Assembly (NCBI GenBank): GCA_937862735.1 | Contig: CALMDH010000243.1 | Location: 1,423 to 65,422, forward strand | Length of the DNA stretch: 64,000 bases | Direction of reading: 5' to 3' | Source: an uncultured Gammaproteobacteria bacterium | GTDB taxonomy: Bacteria > Pseudomonadota > Gammaproteobacteria > Chromatiales > Chromatiaceae | In this document: positions 44,700 through 54,606 of the stretch, one piece after another | How positions within the stretch are numbered: the first letter of the stretch is position 1 | Layout of the letters: every line of letters begins with the position of its first letter | Notes under the pieces: model-generated | Databases searched by the model: none | What the model was told of the DNA's origin: nothing | Seen by the model: only the letters and a program-made list of their open reading frames with translations | Position numbers and translations under genes: made by a program

Positions 44700-45610
44700 T
44701 GGATGCGCGGATCGACCCAGCCATAGACCAGATCGGTGAGGGTATTGACCAGCACGTAGCTCAGGCTCACCAGCAGCACGCAGGCCTGGACCACCGGGTA
44801 ATCCCGGCTCTGGATCGCCTCCACCAGCAGACTGCCCACCCCCGGCCAGGCGAAGACCGTCTCGGTGATGACGGCCCCGCCGAGCAGTCCGCCTAACTGC
44901 AGGCCGATAAGGGTCAGGACCGGCAGCCAGGCATTGCGTAGGGCATGCCCCCAGAGCACCCGGCGCTCCGACAAGCCCTTGGCGCGAGCGGTACGCACAT
45001 AGTCCTCGCCCAGCACCTCCAGGATGCTGCCCCGCACCATGCGCGCCAGGATGGCCGCCATGCCCGTGCCCAGGGTCAGGGCGGGCAGGATCAGGCTGGC
45101 CGGCCCCTCGCGCCCGCTCACCGGCGTCCAGCCCAGCCAGAGGGAAAAGACCAGGATCAGCAGGGGACCAAGCCAGAAATTGGGGATGGAGACACCCACC
45201 AGCGAGAGGCCCATGGCCCCCGTGTCCAGGGGGCTGCCGCGATGGCGCGCCGCCAGCACCCCCAGGGGCAGGGCCAGGGTCAGGGCCAGGGCCAGGGCGG
45301 CGAGGGTCAGCTCCAGGGTGGCCGGCAGGCGCTCGCCGAGGATGGCGGCCACCGGCCGGCGCTCCTGAAAGGACAGCCCCAGGTCAAGACGGGCCAGGCG
45401 TTGGAGATAGTCCAGATATTGCTCACCCAGGGGCCGATCCAGACCCAGGGCCTGACGCAGGGCCTCCCGGTCCGCCACCTGGGCGTTTTCCCCCAGCATC
45501 GCCTCGACGGGGTCCCCCGGCACCAGGTGAATCAGCAGGAAGACCAGGGTGCAAACCCCCAGCACCACGACCAGGGCCGAGACCAGGCGCGTCAGCAGGA
45601 GTGAAAACAC
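44687..45610 (-). CDS. ABC transporter permease (DppB/OppB-like)
   Basis: 307 aa. The N-terminus LLTRLVSALVVVLGVCTLVFLLIHLVPGDPV is the DppB/OppB signature. A 13-nt overlap with the downstream permease gene indicates an operon. Confidence 0.8.
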   Translation of the reverse strand: MFSLLLTRLVSALVVVLGVCTLVFLLIHLVPGDPVEAMLGENAQVADREALRQALGLDRPLGEQYLDYLQRLARLDLGLSFQERRPVAAILGERLPATLELTLAALALALTLALPLGVLAARHRGSPLDTGAMGLSLVGVSIPNFWLGPLLILVFSLWLGWTPVSGREGPASLILPALTLGTGMAAILARMVRGSILEVLGEDYVRTARAKGLSERRVLWGHALRNAWLPVLTLIGLQLGGLLGGAVITETVFAWPGVGSLLVEAIQSRDYPVVQACVLLVSLSYVLVNTLTDLVYGWVDPRIHWRS

Positions 45611-45734
45611 CTACGCCGCCGCCATCGAGCAGGAGCTTGGGGACCACCTTGGTATCCCCCGCCCACGGGCACCCAAAACCGCAAAACTGAGCATGAATTG
45701 GCAAGGAGTATCAGCACGGATAGGCAATGCGCGC

Positions 45735-46289
45735 TCAGCGAATCTCCACCAGGGTGCCCGCGGGCGCCAGGTCGAAGAGTTGCAGCAGTTCCCGGTCGTG
45801 CATGCGGATACAGCCATGGGAGAGGGGGACGCCCAGGGAGACCGTCTCCGGACAGCCGTGGATGTAGATATAGCGCCGGAGGGTATCGACGTTCCCGCCG
45901 CGATTGCGGCCGGGCTCCAGCCCCGTCAGCCAGAGGATGCGGGTCAGGATCCAGTCCCGCTCCGGGAAGCGCGCCGCCAGTTCGGGGCCATGGATCTCCC
46001 CGGTGGGCCGCCGGCCGACGAAGACCGTTCCCGGGGGACAGCCGGCGCCGATGCGGATGCGGACCCGATGCAGGCCCCGGGGGGTGCAGCCCGAGTCCCG
46101 CCGCTCCCCCGGGCCCTTGAGGGCGGTCGACACCGGCGCCTCCAGGCGCGTCCTGGCACCCTCCAGGAACCAGAGACGCTGGCTGGCCAGGTCGATCAGA
46201 ATCCGCCCGGCCGTCTGGGCACTGGCCGCCCGCTCAGCGCGGACCCGTTCTCCGTCCATCTTCACCCTGCGTCCCTTTCCGACCGCCAC
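45735..46289 (-). CDS. L,D-transpeptidase (YkuD) domain protein
   Basis: The active-site motif IYIHGCPETVSLGVPLSHGCIRM (HG...SHGCIR) is present. The start codon is not verified. Confidence 0.7.
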   Translation of the reverse strand: MAVGKGRRVKMDGERVRAERAASAQTAGRILIDLASQRLWFLEGARTRLEAPVSTALKGPGERRDSGCTPRGLHRVRIRIGAGCPPGTVFVGRRPTGEIHGPELAARFPERDWILTRILWLTGLEPGRNRGGNVDTLRRYIYIHGCPETVSLGVPLSHGCIRMHDRELLQLFDLAPAGTLVEIR

Positions 46290-46389
46290 TGTCCGGGAAG
46301 AGCGGCACCCGCAAGGTCCGATCTCAGCCGCCTGCCGATCATGAGACCGCTGCCGCCCCGCCCGTGCCTAGCCCCATAGCGCCCCAAAC

Positions 46390-46968
46390 TCAGGCCGTGC
46401 CCAGGGGGGAGACGCCAAAGAGCCAGGCATGGGCCCAGAAGAGGAAGCCCAGGTAGAAGGCCAGCCCGAGGACGATGGCGATCAGGTCGTTGGCCTTGCC
46501 GGGGGGTGCCCCCTGGACCGGGGGGGCGACCCGGTAAAAGAGGGAGATCCGGTCCGCCAGGGCCCAGATCAGGAAGGCGCCGAAAAGCACCAGATCCGCC
46601 AGGTTACCGTTGGCGAGGAGATGGGCGAGGGCCCAAAGGATGACCGCGGTCAGCATGGGGTGGCCCACCGCGGCCTTGATCCGCCCGGGCAGATAGGCGG
46701 CAAAAAACAGGGGAAAGGCCGGAAGCATCACCAGCAGGCCCAGGTGGCGGGTCCAGACCGGCGGCGCGAACAGGGGCACGGGCACGGCCCGCGCCTGGCC
46801 ATAACCCCAGACGATGAGGACAAGCCCGGCCAGGGCGACCAGCCCCGCCAGGCCCTGCCAGCCGTTATTGCCGAGACGGTCGATCAGGCCCTGACGCCAG
46901 CCGGGGGCGAGAAAGCCAAGGGAATGGACGCCGAGAAAAATCACCAGGCCGATAATCAGGATGGTCAT
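46390..46968 (-). CDS. NnrU-family membrane protein
   Basis: Start moved to the ATG at 46968 (MTILIIGLVIFLGVHSL...). It is multi-TM and resembles NnrU proteins as I remember them. Confidence 0.55.
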   Translation of the reverse strand: MTILIIGLVIFLGVHSLGFLAPGWRQGLIDRLGNNGWQGLAGLVALAGLVLIVWGYGQARAVPVPLFAPPVWTRHLGLLVMLPAFPLFFAAYLPGRIKAAVGHPMLTAVILWALAHLLANGNLADLVLFGAFLIWALADRISLFYRVAPPVQGAPPGKANDLIAIVLGLAFYLGFLFWAHAWLFGVSPLGTA

Positions 46969-47102
46969 GCGTGCCTTCTCCGGTAAAAGACGGGGACCGC
47001 TGGCGGACTGCGGCCAGGGTTGGGACAATGCTACCCGAAGCGGCGCCATGTTGCCCTTCCGCCGCAACCGCCACCCCCGGAAACCAAGGGAAACCACTCA
47101 CC

Positions 47103-47984
47103 ATGGACAGCCTCATCGCCGCCCGGAATCTGGTCAAGACCTACCCTGGCGTCCGCGCCGTGGACGGGATCAGCTTCGCCGTGGCCCCCGGCCGGTGTTT
47201 CGGCCTCCTCGGCCCCAACGGCGCGGGCAAGACCACCACCCTGGAGATGCTGGAGGGCATCCAGCCCCCCACGGCCGGGGAGGTCCTCTACCGTGGCCGC
47301 CCCCTGGACCGGGCCTACCGGGAGGTCATCGGTATCCAGTTCCAGGCCACCGCCCTCCAGGACTTCCAGACCGTGGCCGAATCCCTGGCCATGTTCGCCG
47401 CCCTCTACCCGCGGACCGCCTCGCGGGAGGAGCTAATCCGGCTGTGCAACCTGGATGATCTTCTCGACCGTGACACCCGCCAGCTCTCCGGTGGCCAGCG
47501 CCAGCGCCTGCTGCTGGCCATCGCCCTGGTCAACGACCCGGAACTAGTCTTTCTCGACGAACCCACCACCGGCCTCGACCCCCAGGCGCGGCGCAACTTC
47601 TGGGGCCTGATCGAGACGGTGCGGGGCCGGGGCACCACTGTGCTCCTGACCACCCACTACATGGAGGAGGCCGAGCACCTCTGTGACGAGATCGCCATCG
47701 TCGACCACGGCCGGATCATCGCCCAGGGCAGTCCGGCGCATCTGGTCCGTGCCCACTTCCCCGCCACCGTCGTCCGCCTGCCGGAGGCCGCCTGGCCCGC
47801 GGCGGCCCCCTTGCCGGACGGGGCCCTGCGCCATGACGGCGAAATCAAGCTCTTCGCCGCGGACGTGCCCGACCTGCTGGGGGACCTGGCGCGGGTGGGC
47901 GCCGACCTGCGCGAGCTGCGCGTCGCCTCCCCCAATCTGGAAGACCTCTTCCTCAAGCTCACCGGCCATGACCTGCGCGCCTGA
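47103..47984 (+). CDS. ABC transporter ATP-binding protein (ABC-2 subfamily)
   Basis: Start moved to the ATG at 47103. Walker A is GPNGAGKTT, the signature is LSGGQRQRL and Walker B is LVFLDEPTTGLD. Confidence 0.9.
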   Translation: MDSLIAARNLVKTYPGVRAVDGISFAVAPGRCFGLLGPNGAGKTTTLEMLEGIQPPTAGEVLYRGRPLDRAYREVIGIQFQATALQDFQTVAESLAMFAALYPRTASREELIRLCNLDDLLDRDTRQLSGGQRQRLLLAIALVNDPELVFLDEPTTGLDPQARRNFWGLIETVRGRGTTVLLTTHYMEEAEHLCDEIAIVDHGRIIAQGSPAHLVRAHFPATVVRLPEAAWPAAAPLPDGALRHDGEIKLFAADVPDLLGDLARVGADLRELRVASPNLEDLFLKLTGHDLRA

Positions 47985-48022
47985 GAGGCCCGGCCACCCT
48001 TCACGATCGTCAGGAGTCCGCC

Positions 48023-49225
48023 ATGTGGCGTCGCATCCTCGCCATCTTCGTCGCCCGCAATCGGGAGTTCTACCGCGACCGTGCCGGCCTGGGCTGGAAC
48101 ATTTTCATGCCGATCCTCATGGTCCTGTCCTTCGCCTTCATCTTCAGCGGTGAACCCCAGGCCCCCTTCAAGGTCGGGGTACTGACGGCGGACGGCACCC
48201 TGCCCACGCCCAGGACCGGCCCGCTGGCCCTGGAGCATATTCAGTTCATTCCCGTGACGGACCTGGCGGCCGCTCTCGCCAAGGTGGACCGCCACCAGCT
48301 CGACCTGCTGTGGGACCCCACCCCCGCGCCGGGCGCCTATTGGGTCAACCGGGAGTCCCCCCAGGGCTATCTGGCGGAACGGCTCCTGGTGGGCGCCGCG
48401 ACCGGCGGGACCCGGGCCGTGGGGCTGACCGCCCCGGCGCTGGATAAGGCCGCTCCCGCGGGTAAGGGACCAGGCTCGGCCTTGGCCCCCGATCCCGGCG
48501 CCGATCCTGGTCCTGAGCGCGGTCCCGAGCCCGAGCAGGAGCTCAAGGCCGGGGGGATGATCGGACCCTCCCCGGCCCCAGGCCCAACGCTTGCGCCACC
48601 CCGGCGCCACGAGCGCAGCGGTACCGCCCTGCGTTACGCCGACTGGGTCCTTCCCGGCATCCTGGCGATGAACATCATGTTCTCCAGCCTCTGGGGGGTG
48701 GGCTGGGTCATCGTGCGTTACCGCAAGAATGGCGTCCTGCGCCGGCTCAAGGCCACGCCCCTCTCGCCCTTCGAGTTCCTCACCGCCCAGATCCTCTCCC
48801 GGCTGGTGGTGGTGATGAGCGCCAGCCTGATCGTCTATGGCGGCGCGGCCCTGATCCTCGACTTTCCCATGCGCGGTTCCCATGTCGCCCTGGCGCTGAT
48901 CTATCTCGCCGGCGCCCTGTGCCTCATCAGCCTGGGGCTCATCGTCTCGGCCCGGCTGCGCACCGAGGAACTGGCGGACGGCATTCTCAACCTCATCTCC
49001 TGGCCCCTGTTGCTGCTCTCCGGGGTCTGGTTCTCCATGGAGGGGACCAGCGCCGCCGCCCGATTCTTCTCGCAACTCTCGCCCCTGACCCACCTGGTGG
49101 ACGGTGCCCGCGCCATCATGATCGACGGCGCCCAAACGGCGGACATCCTCCCCCAACTCTTCTTGCTGACGGCCCTGGCCCTGATCTTTCTCGCCATCGC
49201 CGCGCGGCTGTTCCGTTGGGAATAG
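48023..49225 (+). CDS. ABC-2 type transporter permease with a low-complexity loop insertion
   Basis: The N-terminal TM segment, long extracytoplasmic loop and five C-terminal TM segments are typical of the ABC-2 membrane domain. The loop contains the repeat-derived GKGPGSALAPDPGADPGPERGPEPEQE. Confidence 0.75.
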   Translation: MWRRILAIFVARNREFYRDRAGLGWNIFMPILMVLSFAFIFSGEPQAPFKVGVLTADGTLPTPRTGPLALEHIQFIPVTDLAAALAKVDRHQLDLLWDPTPAPGAYWVNRESPQGYLAERLLVGAATGGTRAVGLTAPALDKAAPAGKGPGSALAPDPGADPGPERGPEPEQELKAGGMIGPSPAPGPTLAPPRRHERSGTALRYADWVLPGILAMNIMFSSLWGVGWVIVRYRKNGVLRRLKATPLSPFEFLTAQILSRLVVVMSASLIVYGGAALILDFPMRGSHVALALIYLAGALCLISLGLIVSARLRTEELADGILNLISWPLLLLSGVWFSMEGTSAAARFFSQLSPLTHLVDGARAIMIDGAQTADILPQLFLLTALALIFLAIAARLFRWE

Positions 49226-49319
49226 GTATCAGCAGGTTAACAGCCCAAGGCTCCAGTGATTTGCCCACGCGGTTTTCGACCCTGCGGACTGGTCTGGTCA
49301 TTTGTTCAGGAATACGCCC

Positions 49320-50588
49320 ATGAAAGTTGACGTCATCGTGATCGGCGCCGGTCTTTCCGGCCTGGCCTGCGCCCTGACCCTGCAAGCGCGGGGCCTCACC
49401 CCCCTGGTCCTGGAGGCCAGCGACGGCATCGGTGGCCGGGTGCGCACCGACCAGCATCAGGGCTTTCTTCTCGACCGCGGGTTTCAGGTCTTGCAGACCT
49501 GGTACCCCGAGGCGCAACGCTGGCTGGACTACGGTGCCCTCGACCTGCGCCCCTTCTACCCCGGGGCCCTGGTGCGCAGTGGGGGGGGCTTCCACCGCGT
49601 CAGCGACGTCTGGCGTCGTCCCTGGCGACTGCCGGAGATGCTCCTGTCGCCCATCGGCACCCTTGGCGACAAGCTGCGCCTACTCGGGCTGCGTCACAGT
49701 TGCCTGCGGGGGACCATCGCCGACCTTTACGCTCGCCCGGAGACCACCGCCCTGGCCCGCTTGCAGGCACGCGGTTTCTCCACGCGGATGCTGGATCGGT
49801 TCTTCAAGCCCTTCTTCAGCGGCGTCTTCTTCGATCCCGACCTGGGCGTCTCCTCGCGCACCTTCGAGTTTCTGTTTCGCGCCTTCGCCCTCGGCGACAC
49901 CGCCCTGCCGGCGCGGGGCATGGGGGCGATCCCGGCCCAACTGGCCGCCCGCATGCGGGGCGAATGGCTACGCCTCGGCTGTCGGGTGACCGGGTTGGAG
50001 CAAGGCCAGGCGGTGCTCGACGGGGGAGAACGGATTGATGCCCGGGCCCTGGTGATCGCCACGGACCCGTGGGAGGCGGCACGCCTCCTTGGGCATGCCC
50101 GGCATGCCGGCGACCGCCAGCGCCCGCCACCAGCCCGCGGCACCACCTGCTGCTACTTCGCCGCGGATGCCCCGCCCTTCCGAGGCCCTTACCTGGTCCT
50201 GAATGGCGAAGGCCGGGGGCGGATCAATAGCATCCAGTGTCCGAGCAACCTATCCGAGCACTATGCCCCGCCGGGCAAGGCCCTGATCACGGTCAACTGC
50301 CATGGCGTCGGCGAGGACCCGGACCGCCTGGAGGCCAGGATCCGACGGGAACTGGGCGACTGGTTCGGCCCGCCGGTGGCCTCCTGGGAACGGCTGGCCA
50401 TCTACCCGCTCCCCCAGGCCCTGCCCGTCCAGGCCCCGCCGGTGGCTGATCCGGCTACCATTCCCCAACGGCTGGCCTCGGGGCTCTGGGTCTGTGGTGA
50501 ATACCGGGCGGCCCCTTCCATCCACTGGACGCTACACTCCGGACGCCGGGCCGGTGAGGATATCGCCTTTTCCCTCAGCGCTGGCTAG
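49320..50588 (+). CDS. FAD-dependent oxidoreductase (amine oxidase / phytoene desaturase-like fold)
   Basis: Start moved to the ATG at 49320. The dinucleotide-binding motif is VDVIVIGAGLSGLACA...LEASDGIGGR, and the C-terminal FAD-binding region is LWVCGEY. Confidence 0.7.
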   Translation: MKVDVIVIGAGLSGLACALTLQARGLTPLVLEASDGIGGRVRTDQHQGFLLDRGFQVLQTWYPEAQRWLDYGALDLRPFYPGALVRSGGGFHRVSDVWRRPWRLPEMLLSPIGTLGDKLRLLGLRHSCLRGTIADLYARPETTALARLQARGFSTRMLDRFFKPFFSGVFFDPDLGVSSRTFEFLFRAFALGDTALPARGMGAIPAQLAARMRGEWLRLGCRVTGLEQGQAVLDGGERIDARALVIATDPWEAARLLGHARHAGDRQRPPPARGTTCCYFAADAPPFRGPYLVLNGEGRGRINSIQCPSNLSEHYAPPGKALITVNCHGVGEDPDRLEARIRRELGDWFGPPVASWERLAIYPLPQALPVQAPPVADPATIPQRLASGLWVCGEYRAAPSIHWTLHSGRRAGEDIAFSLSAG

Positions 50589-50793
50589 CCCTCACCCCGG
50601 GATACATCCGTTTTGGCGCGGTGGGGGCGGCGCCCTTGAGGGCGCTCTCAATTCGGAAAATCATTGCTGGGACCGGCCTTAGGCACCGCCGCGAGAAATT
50701 CGGGAACTAATTGATCTACAGGGTCTAAGCAACACCGTTGGCGAGGCTTCGCTGCAGACCAACGAGACATGAAGCGGCCCCGATTGATCATTA

Positions 50794-51447
50794 CTAGGGG
50801 CTGACCCGCTGATCGATCCAGGCGATGACCTCATCGAGATTGGCCTGCTTGCTGGGGTCGAGACGCTTGGCCTCCACCATGGCGGCGCGGGCCTGGCCGA
50901 AGCGGCCGCTATGCAGGTAGGCCATCCCTAAGCCGACAAAGGCGGCGGCATTGGTGGCGTCCAGGCTGATGGCGCGCTGGAAGCTCTCGACACTGCCGGC
51001 ATAATCCTGGCTCATCAGCAGGGCGCCACCCAGGCGCTGGAAGGCCTGGGCGGACTGGGGCTCAGCCGCCACCGCCTCTCGTAGGACCGCCACGGCTTCG
51101 GGCAGCTTGCCTTCGTTGAGTAGGGCCTCGCCGCGTTGGAGGAGACCCGGGCCGGCGTTTTCGGCCGGGGCCGGAGATGGAACCGCTGACCCGGCCCGCA
51201 CCCCGGCGGGTGCCGGCGGCTGGGCCGGGATTATCAGGGGTGGCTGGGCTTGGGGCGATACCTGGGTTGATCCTGGTGCCACGGCTGGCGCCGGTGGTTG
51301 AGCCTGAGCCTGGGTCTGAGGGGGTACTTGAGCCCCGGCTGGTGCCAGCGAGGGGTTCTGGGACTGGGCCCCATCGCCGGTCTGCGCCTGAAGCGACGGC
51401 ACGACCGAGCAGATGAGGAGGAGGGCGTAAAAGGGACGAATTGTCAT
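50794..51447 (-). CDS. Secreted TPR-repeat protein
   Basis: It has a signal peptide (MTIRPFYALLLICSVVPSLQA), a Pro/Ala/Gln-rich linker and C-terminal TPR-like repeats (AEPQSAQAFQRLGGALL..., NAAAFVGLGMAYLHSGRFGQA). Confidence 0.65.
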   Translation of the reverse strand: MTIRPFYALLLICSVVPSLQAQTGDGAQSQNPSLAPAGAQVPPQTQAQAQPPAPAVAPGSTQVSPQAQPPLIIPAQPPAPAGVRAGSAVPSPAPAENAGPGLLQRGEALLNEGKLPEAVAVLREAVAAEPQSAQAFQRLGGALLMSQDYAGSVESFQRAISLDATNAAAFVGLGMAYLHSGRFGQARAAMVEAKRLDPSKQANLDEVIAWIDQRVSP

Positions 51448-51558
51448 GTTCTCAACCCATCACTATGACCTGGCAACAAAAATCCCGCGCGGGACCCGAG
51501 GCCCCGCGCGGGATCTGGCCTCCGTTAGGTGGAGGCAGTGGGCAACGCATGCCTGGGC

Positions 51559-53064
51559 TTACTTCAGGGCACCTTTGCCGTAGCGGGCCTCGAAGCCGGC
51601 GCGCACCTTCTCCAGGGCCTCCTTGTTCATGCCGCTGAAGTACCAGTCATGCCCCTCGATGGGCTTGAAGTATTTCTCCAGCAGGGCATTGGCGGCCTTG
51701 TCGTTCTTGTCCTTGTGGATGACCACCTCCTTGAGCTCGGGAATCCACTCAAAGTAGGTGTGTTTGGCCACCTCGTAGATACCGTGCCACCAGGTGTAGT
51801 CCGGGCCCATCATGGCGGCGCCATGACGACCGCGACGACCCTCGTGGTGCCAGATCTCCCACCAGGTCCACTCGATAGGCTCGTCAAAGGGCGCGGGGGT
51901 GATGTACCCCTTGTCCTTGAGCTCGCCCATGATGGCGGCGATGGGCTTGGCGAACTTCTCGTTGTAGAGGTCGACCACGTCGTCAAACTGCTTGTAATGG
52001 CCCTCGATGACGCTGGTGGCATGGCAGCCGAAGCAGATGCTCTCCATTTTGGCGCGGCGATCCTTCCAGGTCAGGACCTCGACGACCTTGGAGCCCTTGG
52101 CCTCGTCGCCGACCTTGGGAATCTCCTTGCCCTCGGGAACGTCGAACTCGTTGCCGTTCTCCAGCTTGACCAGGTTCATCTTGGTGGAGATGGGCGGCCG
52201 GAGGGTCCAGGAGATGCGTTCGCCGACATTGTGGGTCTTGGGCTGGTTGACGCCGGCGCTCATGTGGCAGGTGGCGCAGGTGGGGGCGGCGGAGTAATCG
52301 ACGCCGGCGATCCACTTGTCGGAGTCCAGGTTCATCTCATCGATCTTGGCGCGATAGATGATGCCGTGCTTGGACTCGTTGTAGACCTCGATCTGGGGAT
52401 GGTCGGGGCCCACGTGGCACTTGCCACAGGTGTCCGGGGTGCGGGCCTGTTCGCGGGAGAAGCGGTGACGGCCGTGGCAGGCGGTGCAGGAGCCCTTGGA
52501 GCCGTCGGGGTTCAACCGGCCAATACCCGTATTGGGCCAGCTACCCGGCAGGGGACGCCCCTTGTCCTTACCCTCGGTGATGAATTCCAGCTTGCCGCCA
52601 TGGCACTGCCGACAGCCGGCGTTGACCGCGGCGGGACCGCCCACCACTTCGCCCATCAGGTTGTCCAGGGAGGCGAGGATGTCACCGGCCTTGGAGTGAT
52701 GGGAGCCGTCCATCTCCTCGAATTCGGTGGTATGGCACTTGGAGCAATCCTTGGGTGTGACGACGATGGAGATCAGGGCGCCTTCATGGGTGAAGGCGTC
52801 GACATCCCCCTCCTTCGCCTCATGGCAGTCCAGGCAGTTGACCCCGTTCTGGCCATGCTGGCTGTGGTTCCATTCCCAGTAGAGGCCAGGATTCTCCGAC
52901 ATGTGGCAATCGACGCATTCCTGACCGGCGGGATTCCCCCAGTCAACACCGACTTTACCCGCCGGGCGATCGGCTTGGACTGGCCCATTGGCCAGTAGCA
53001 GGGCCAATCCAGCCAGGCTGGTAGTGAGCCAAGCGACCTTGCGGACTTGGCGACTGGTTTTCAT
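51559..53064 (-). CDS. Octaheme c-type cytochrome, hydroxylamine oxidoreductase (HAO) family
   Basis: Start moved to the ATG at 53064, which gives a signal peptide. Eight CxxCH motifs are present: CVDCH, CLDCH, CSKCH, CRQCH, CTACH, CGKCH, CATCH and CFGCH. The C-terminal WWEIWHHEGRRGRHGAAMMGPDYTWWHG is typical of HAO-like proteins. Confidence 0.75.
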   Translation of the reverse strand: MKTSRQVRKVAWLTTSLAGLALLLANGPVQADRPAGKVGVDWGNPAGQECVDCHMSENPGLYWEWNHSQHGQNGVNCLDCHEAKEGDVDAFTHEGALISIVVTPKDCSKCHTTEFEEMDGSHHSKAGDILASLDNLMGEVVGGPAAVNAGCRQCHGGKLEFITEGKDKGRPLPGSWPNTGIGRLNPDGSKGSCTACHGRHRFSREQARTPDTCGKCHVGPDHPQIEVYNESKHGIIYRAKIDEMNLDSDKWIAGVDYSAAPTCATCHMSAGVNQPKTHNVGERISWTLRPPISTKMNLVKLENGNEFDVPEGKEIPKVGDEAKGSKVVEVLTWKDRRAKMESICFGCHATSVIEGHYKQFDDVVDLYNEKFAKPIAAIMGELKDKGYITPAPFDEPIEWTWWEIWHHEGRRGRHGAAMMGPDYTWWHGIYEVAKHTYFEWIPELKEVVIHKDKNDKAANALLEKYFKPIEGHDWYFSGMNKEALEKVRAGFEARYGKGALK

Positions 53065-53392
53065 GTGCGCTCTCCTCAACAGGTAGGACAAACTCCCGCG
53101 GCCCCACGGACCTCGCGAGAGGCAATACTCCGAGATTGGGAAAGCAGCACGACCGCGCCGCTCATTCCTGCCCTTTGGTGTACAACTTCCTACTTGCGCG
53201 CCCCTATGTGTTGTTGTGCGGCGCTCGCTCCACTCCCCCACTGACAGTTTGACAGGCGTCCAAGGAACCGCCTTGATTTAGGTCAAATCAGAGCGAGGGA
53301 TCCATGGGCCCCCAACTGCGGGCCCATTGGCGAGGCCAACAGCGGGGCAGTGCGGGGCGGTGCGGGACGTCACGCCAGCGAGCCCAGGCGCG

Positions 53393-54409
53393 CTACCTAG
53401 CCGGCGGCGCCGAGGGGGTTAGCGCCAGGGCCTCCGCCGCCTGCTGGTCGGCGTGGTAAGAGGAGCGCACCAGGGCACCGCTGGCGATGTGGGTGAATCC
53501 CAACGCCTCTCCCGCCTGACGCAGGGCCCCGAACTCATCCGGGGTCCAGTAACGGCGGACGGGTAGGTGGGCGCGGCTGGGGGCCAGGTACTGACCGAGG
53601 GTCAGCATGTCGCAACCGTGTGCGCGCAGGTCGGCCATCACCGCCAGGACCTCTTCCGCCTCCTCGCCCAGGCCGAGCATGAGCCCGGACTTGGTAGGGA
53701 TGTCCGGGTGGCGCTCCTTGAAGGCGCGCAGCAGGGCCAGGGAGCCGGCATAGTCGGCGCCGGGGCGGGCCTGGGGATAAAGGCGGGGTACCGTCTCCAG
53801 GTTGTGATTGAAGAGGTCCGGCCGGCCAGCGCCGCTGAACTGATCCAGGGCCAGGGCCTCACGACCGCGAAAGTCCGGGACCAGCACCTCCAGACGCGTC
53901 TCCGGACTGCGCCCGCGAATGGCGCGCAGGCAGGCGGCGAAGTGGCCGGCCCCACCGTCGCGCAGATCGTCGCGGTCCACGGAGGTGATGACCACGTAGC
54001 GCAGGCCAAGGGCGGCGATGGATTGGGCCAGGTGCGCGGGCTCCTCGGCATCCACCGGCGCCGGGCGACCATGGGCGACATCGCAGAAGGGACAGCGGCG
54101 TGTGCAGACATCGCCCAGGATCATGAAGGTGGCGGTGCCGTGGTTGAAGCACTCGCCCAGGTTGGGGCACTGGGCCTCCTCGCAGACGGTGGCGAGCCGG
54201 GCCTCGCGCAGCAAGCGCTTGATGCGCGTCACCCCGGGGCCGATGGGGGCGCGGGCGCGAATCCAGCTCGGTTTGCGCAGGGGCACCGCCAGGGGCTCGA
54301 CCTTGACCGGGATACGCGCCACCTTGTCCTGGCCCCGGTGGTGGGTCTCCGGGGTGGCGCGGGAGGGAGCGTCCAGGAAGGGCGAGGGGATTTGGCTTTC
54401 AAGTGGCAT
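53393..54409 (-). CDS. lipA: Lipoyl synthase
   Basis: Start moved to the ATG at 54409. It has [13 protein letters not shown] and the radical-SAM motif [10 protein letters not shown]. Confidence 0.9.
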   Translation of the reverse strand: MPLESQIPSPFLDAPSRATPETHHRGQDKVARIPVKVEPLAVPLRKPSWIRARAPIGPGVTRIKRLLREARLATVCEEAQCPNLGECFNHGTATFMILGDVCTRRCPFCDVAHGRPAPVDAEEPAHLAQSIAALGLRYVVITSVDRDDLRDGGAGHFAACLRAIRGRSPETRLEVLVPDFRGREALALDQFSGAGRPDLFNHNLETVPRLYPQARPGADYAGSLALLRAFKERHPDIPTKSGLMLGLGEEAEEVLAVMADLRAHGCDMLTLGQYLAPSRAHLPVRRYWTPDEFGALRQAGEALGFTHIASGALVRSSYHADQQAAEALALTPSAPPAR

Positions 54410-54606
54410 GGACTTATTTCCTGGGGCAATCACTTTTTTGGCCCGTGGCGGGGAAGCCGCGGCGGCTGCGCGGCTCAGGCCCCGGCCGGGCACTCACTCT
54501 TCGCAACGCCTGGCTTTCCGCAACGCGGAGTCAGGGTCGGGGGCAAAAGGCTTGCTGAGCTCCGTACATTTCACCCGGCGTGCCTGATGGCGCTTGGGGG
54601 GGGAAC

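Noticed and set aside
46971-47102. Long N-terminal extensions in many track ORFs (for example 46971 versus 47103, 53241 versus 53064, 57722 versus 57563, 16021 versus 15742, 40691 versus 40370)
   Set aside because: The extensions are Arg/Pro/Gly-rich, overlap neighbouring genes or intergenic DNA, and precede internal ATG/GTG codons. Those internal codons restore canonical N-termini (signal peptides or conserved first motifs). Starts were moved accordingly rather than reported as novel domains.
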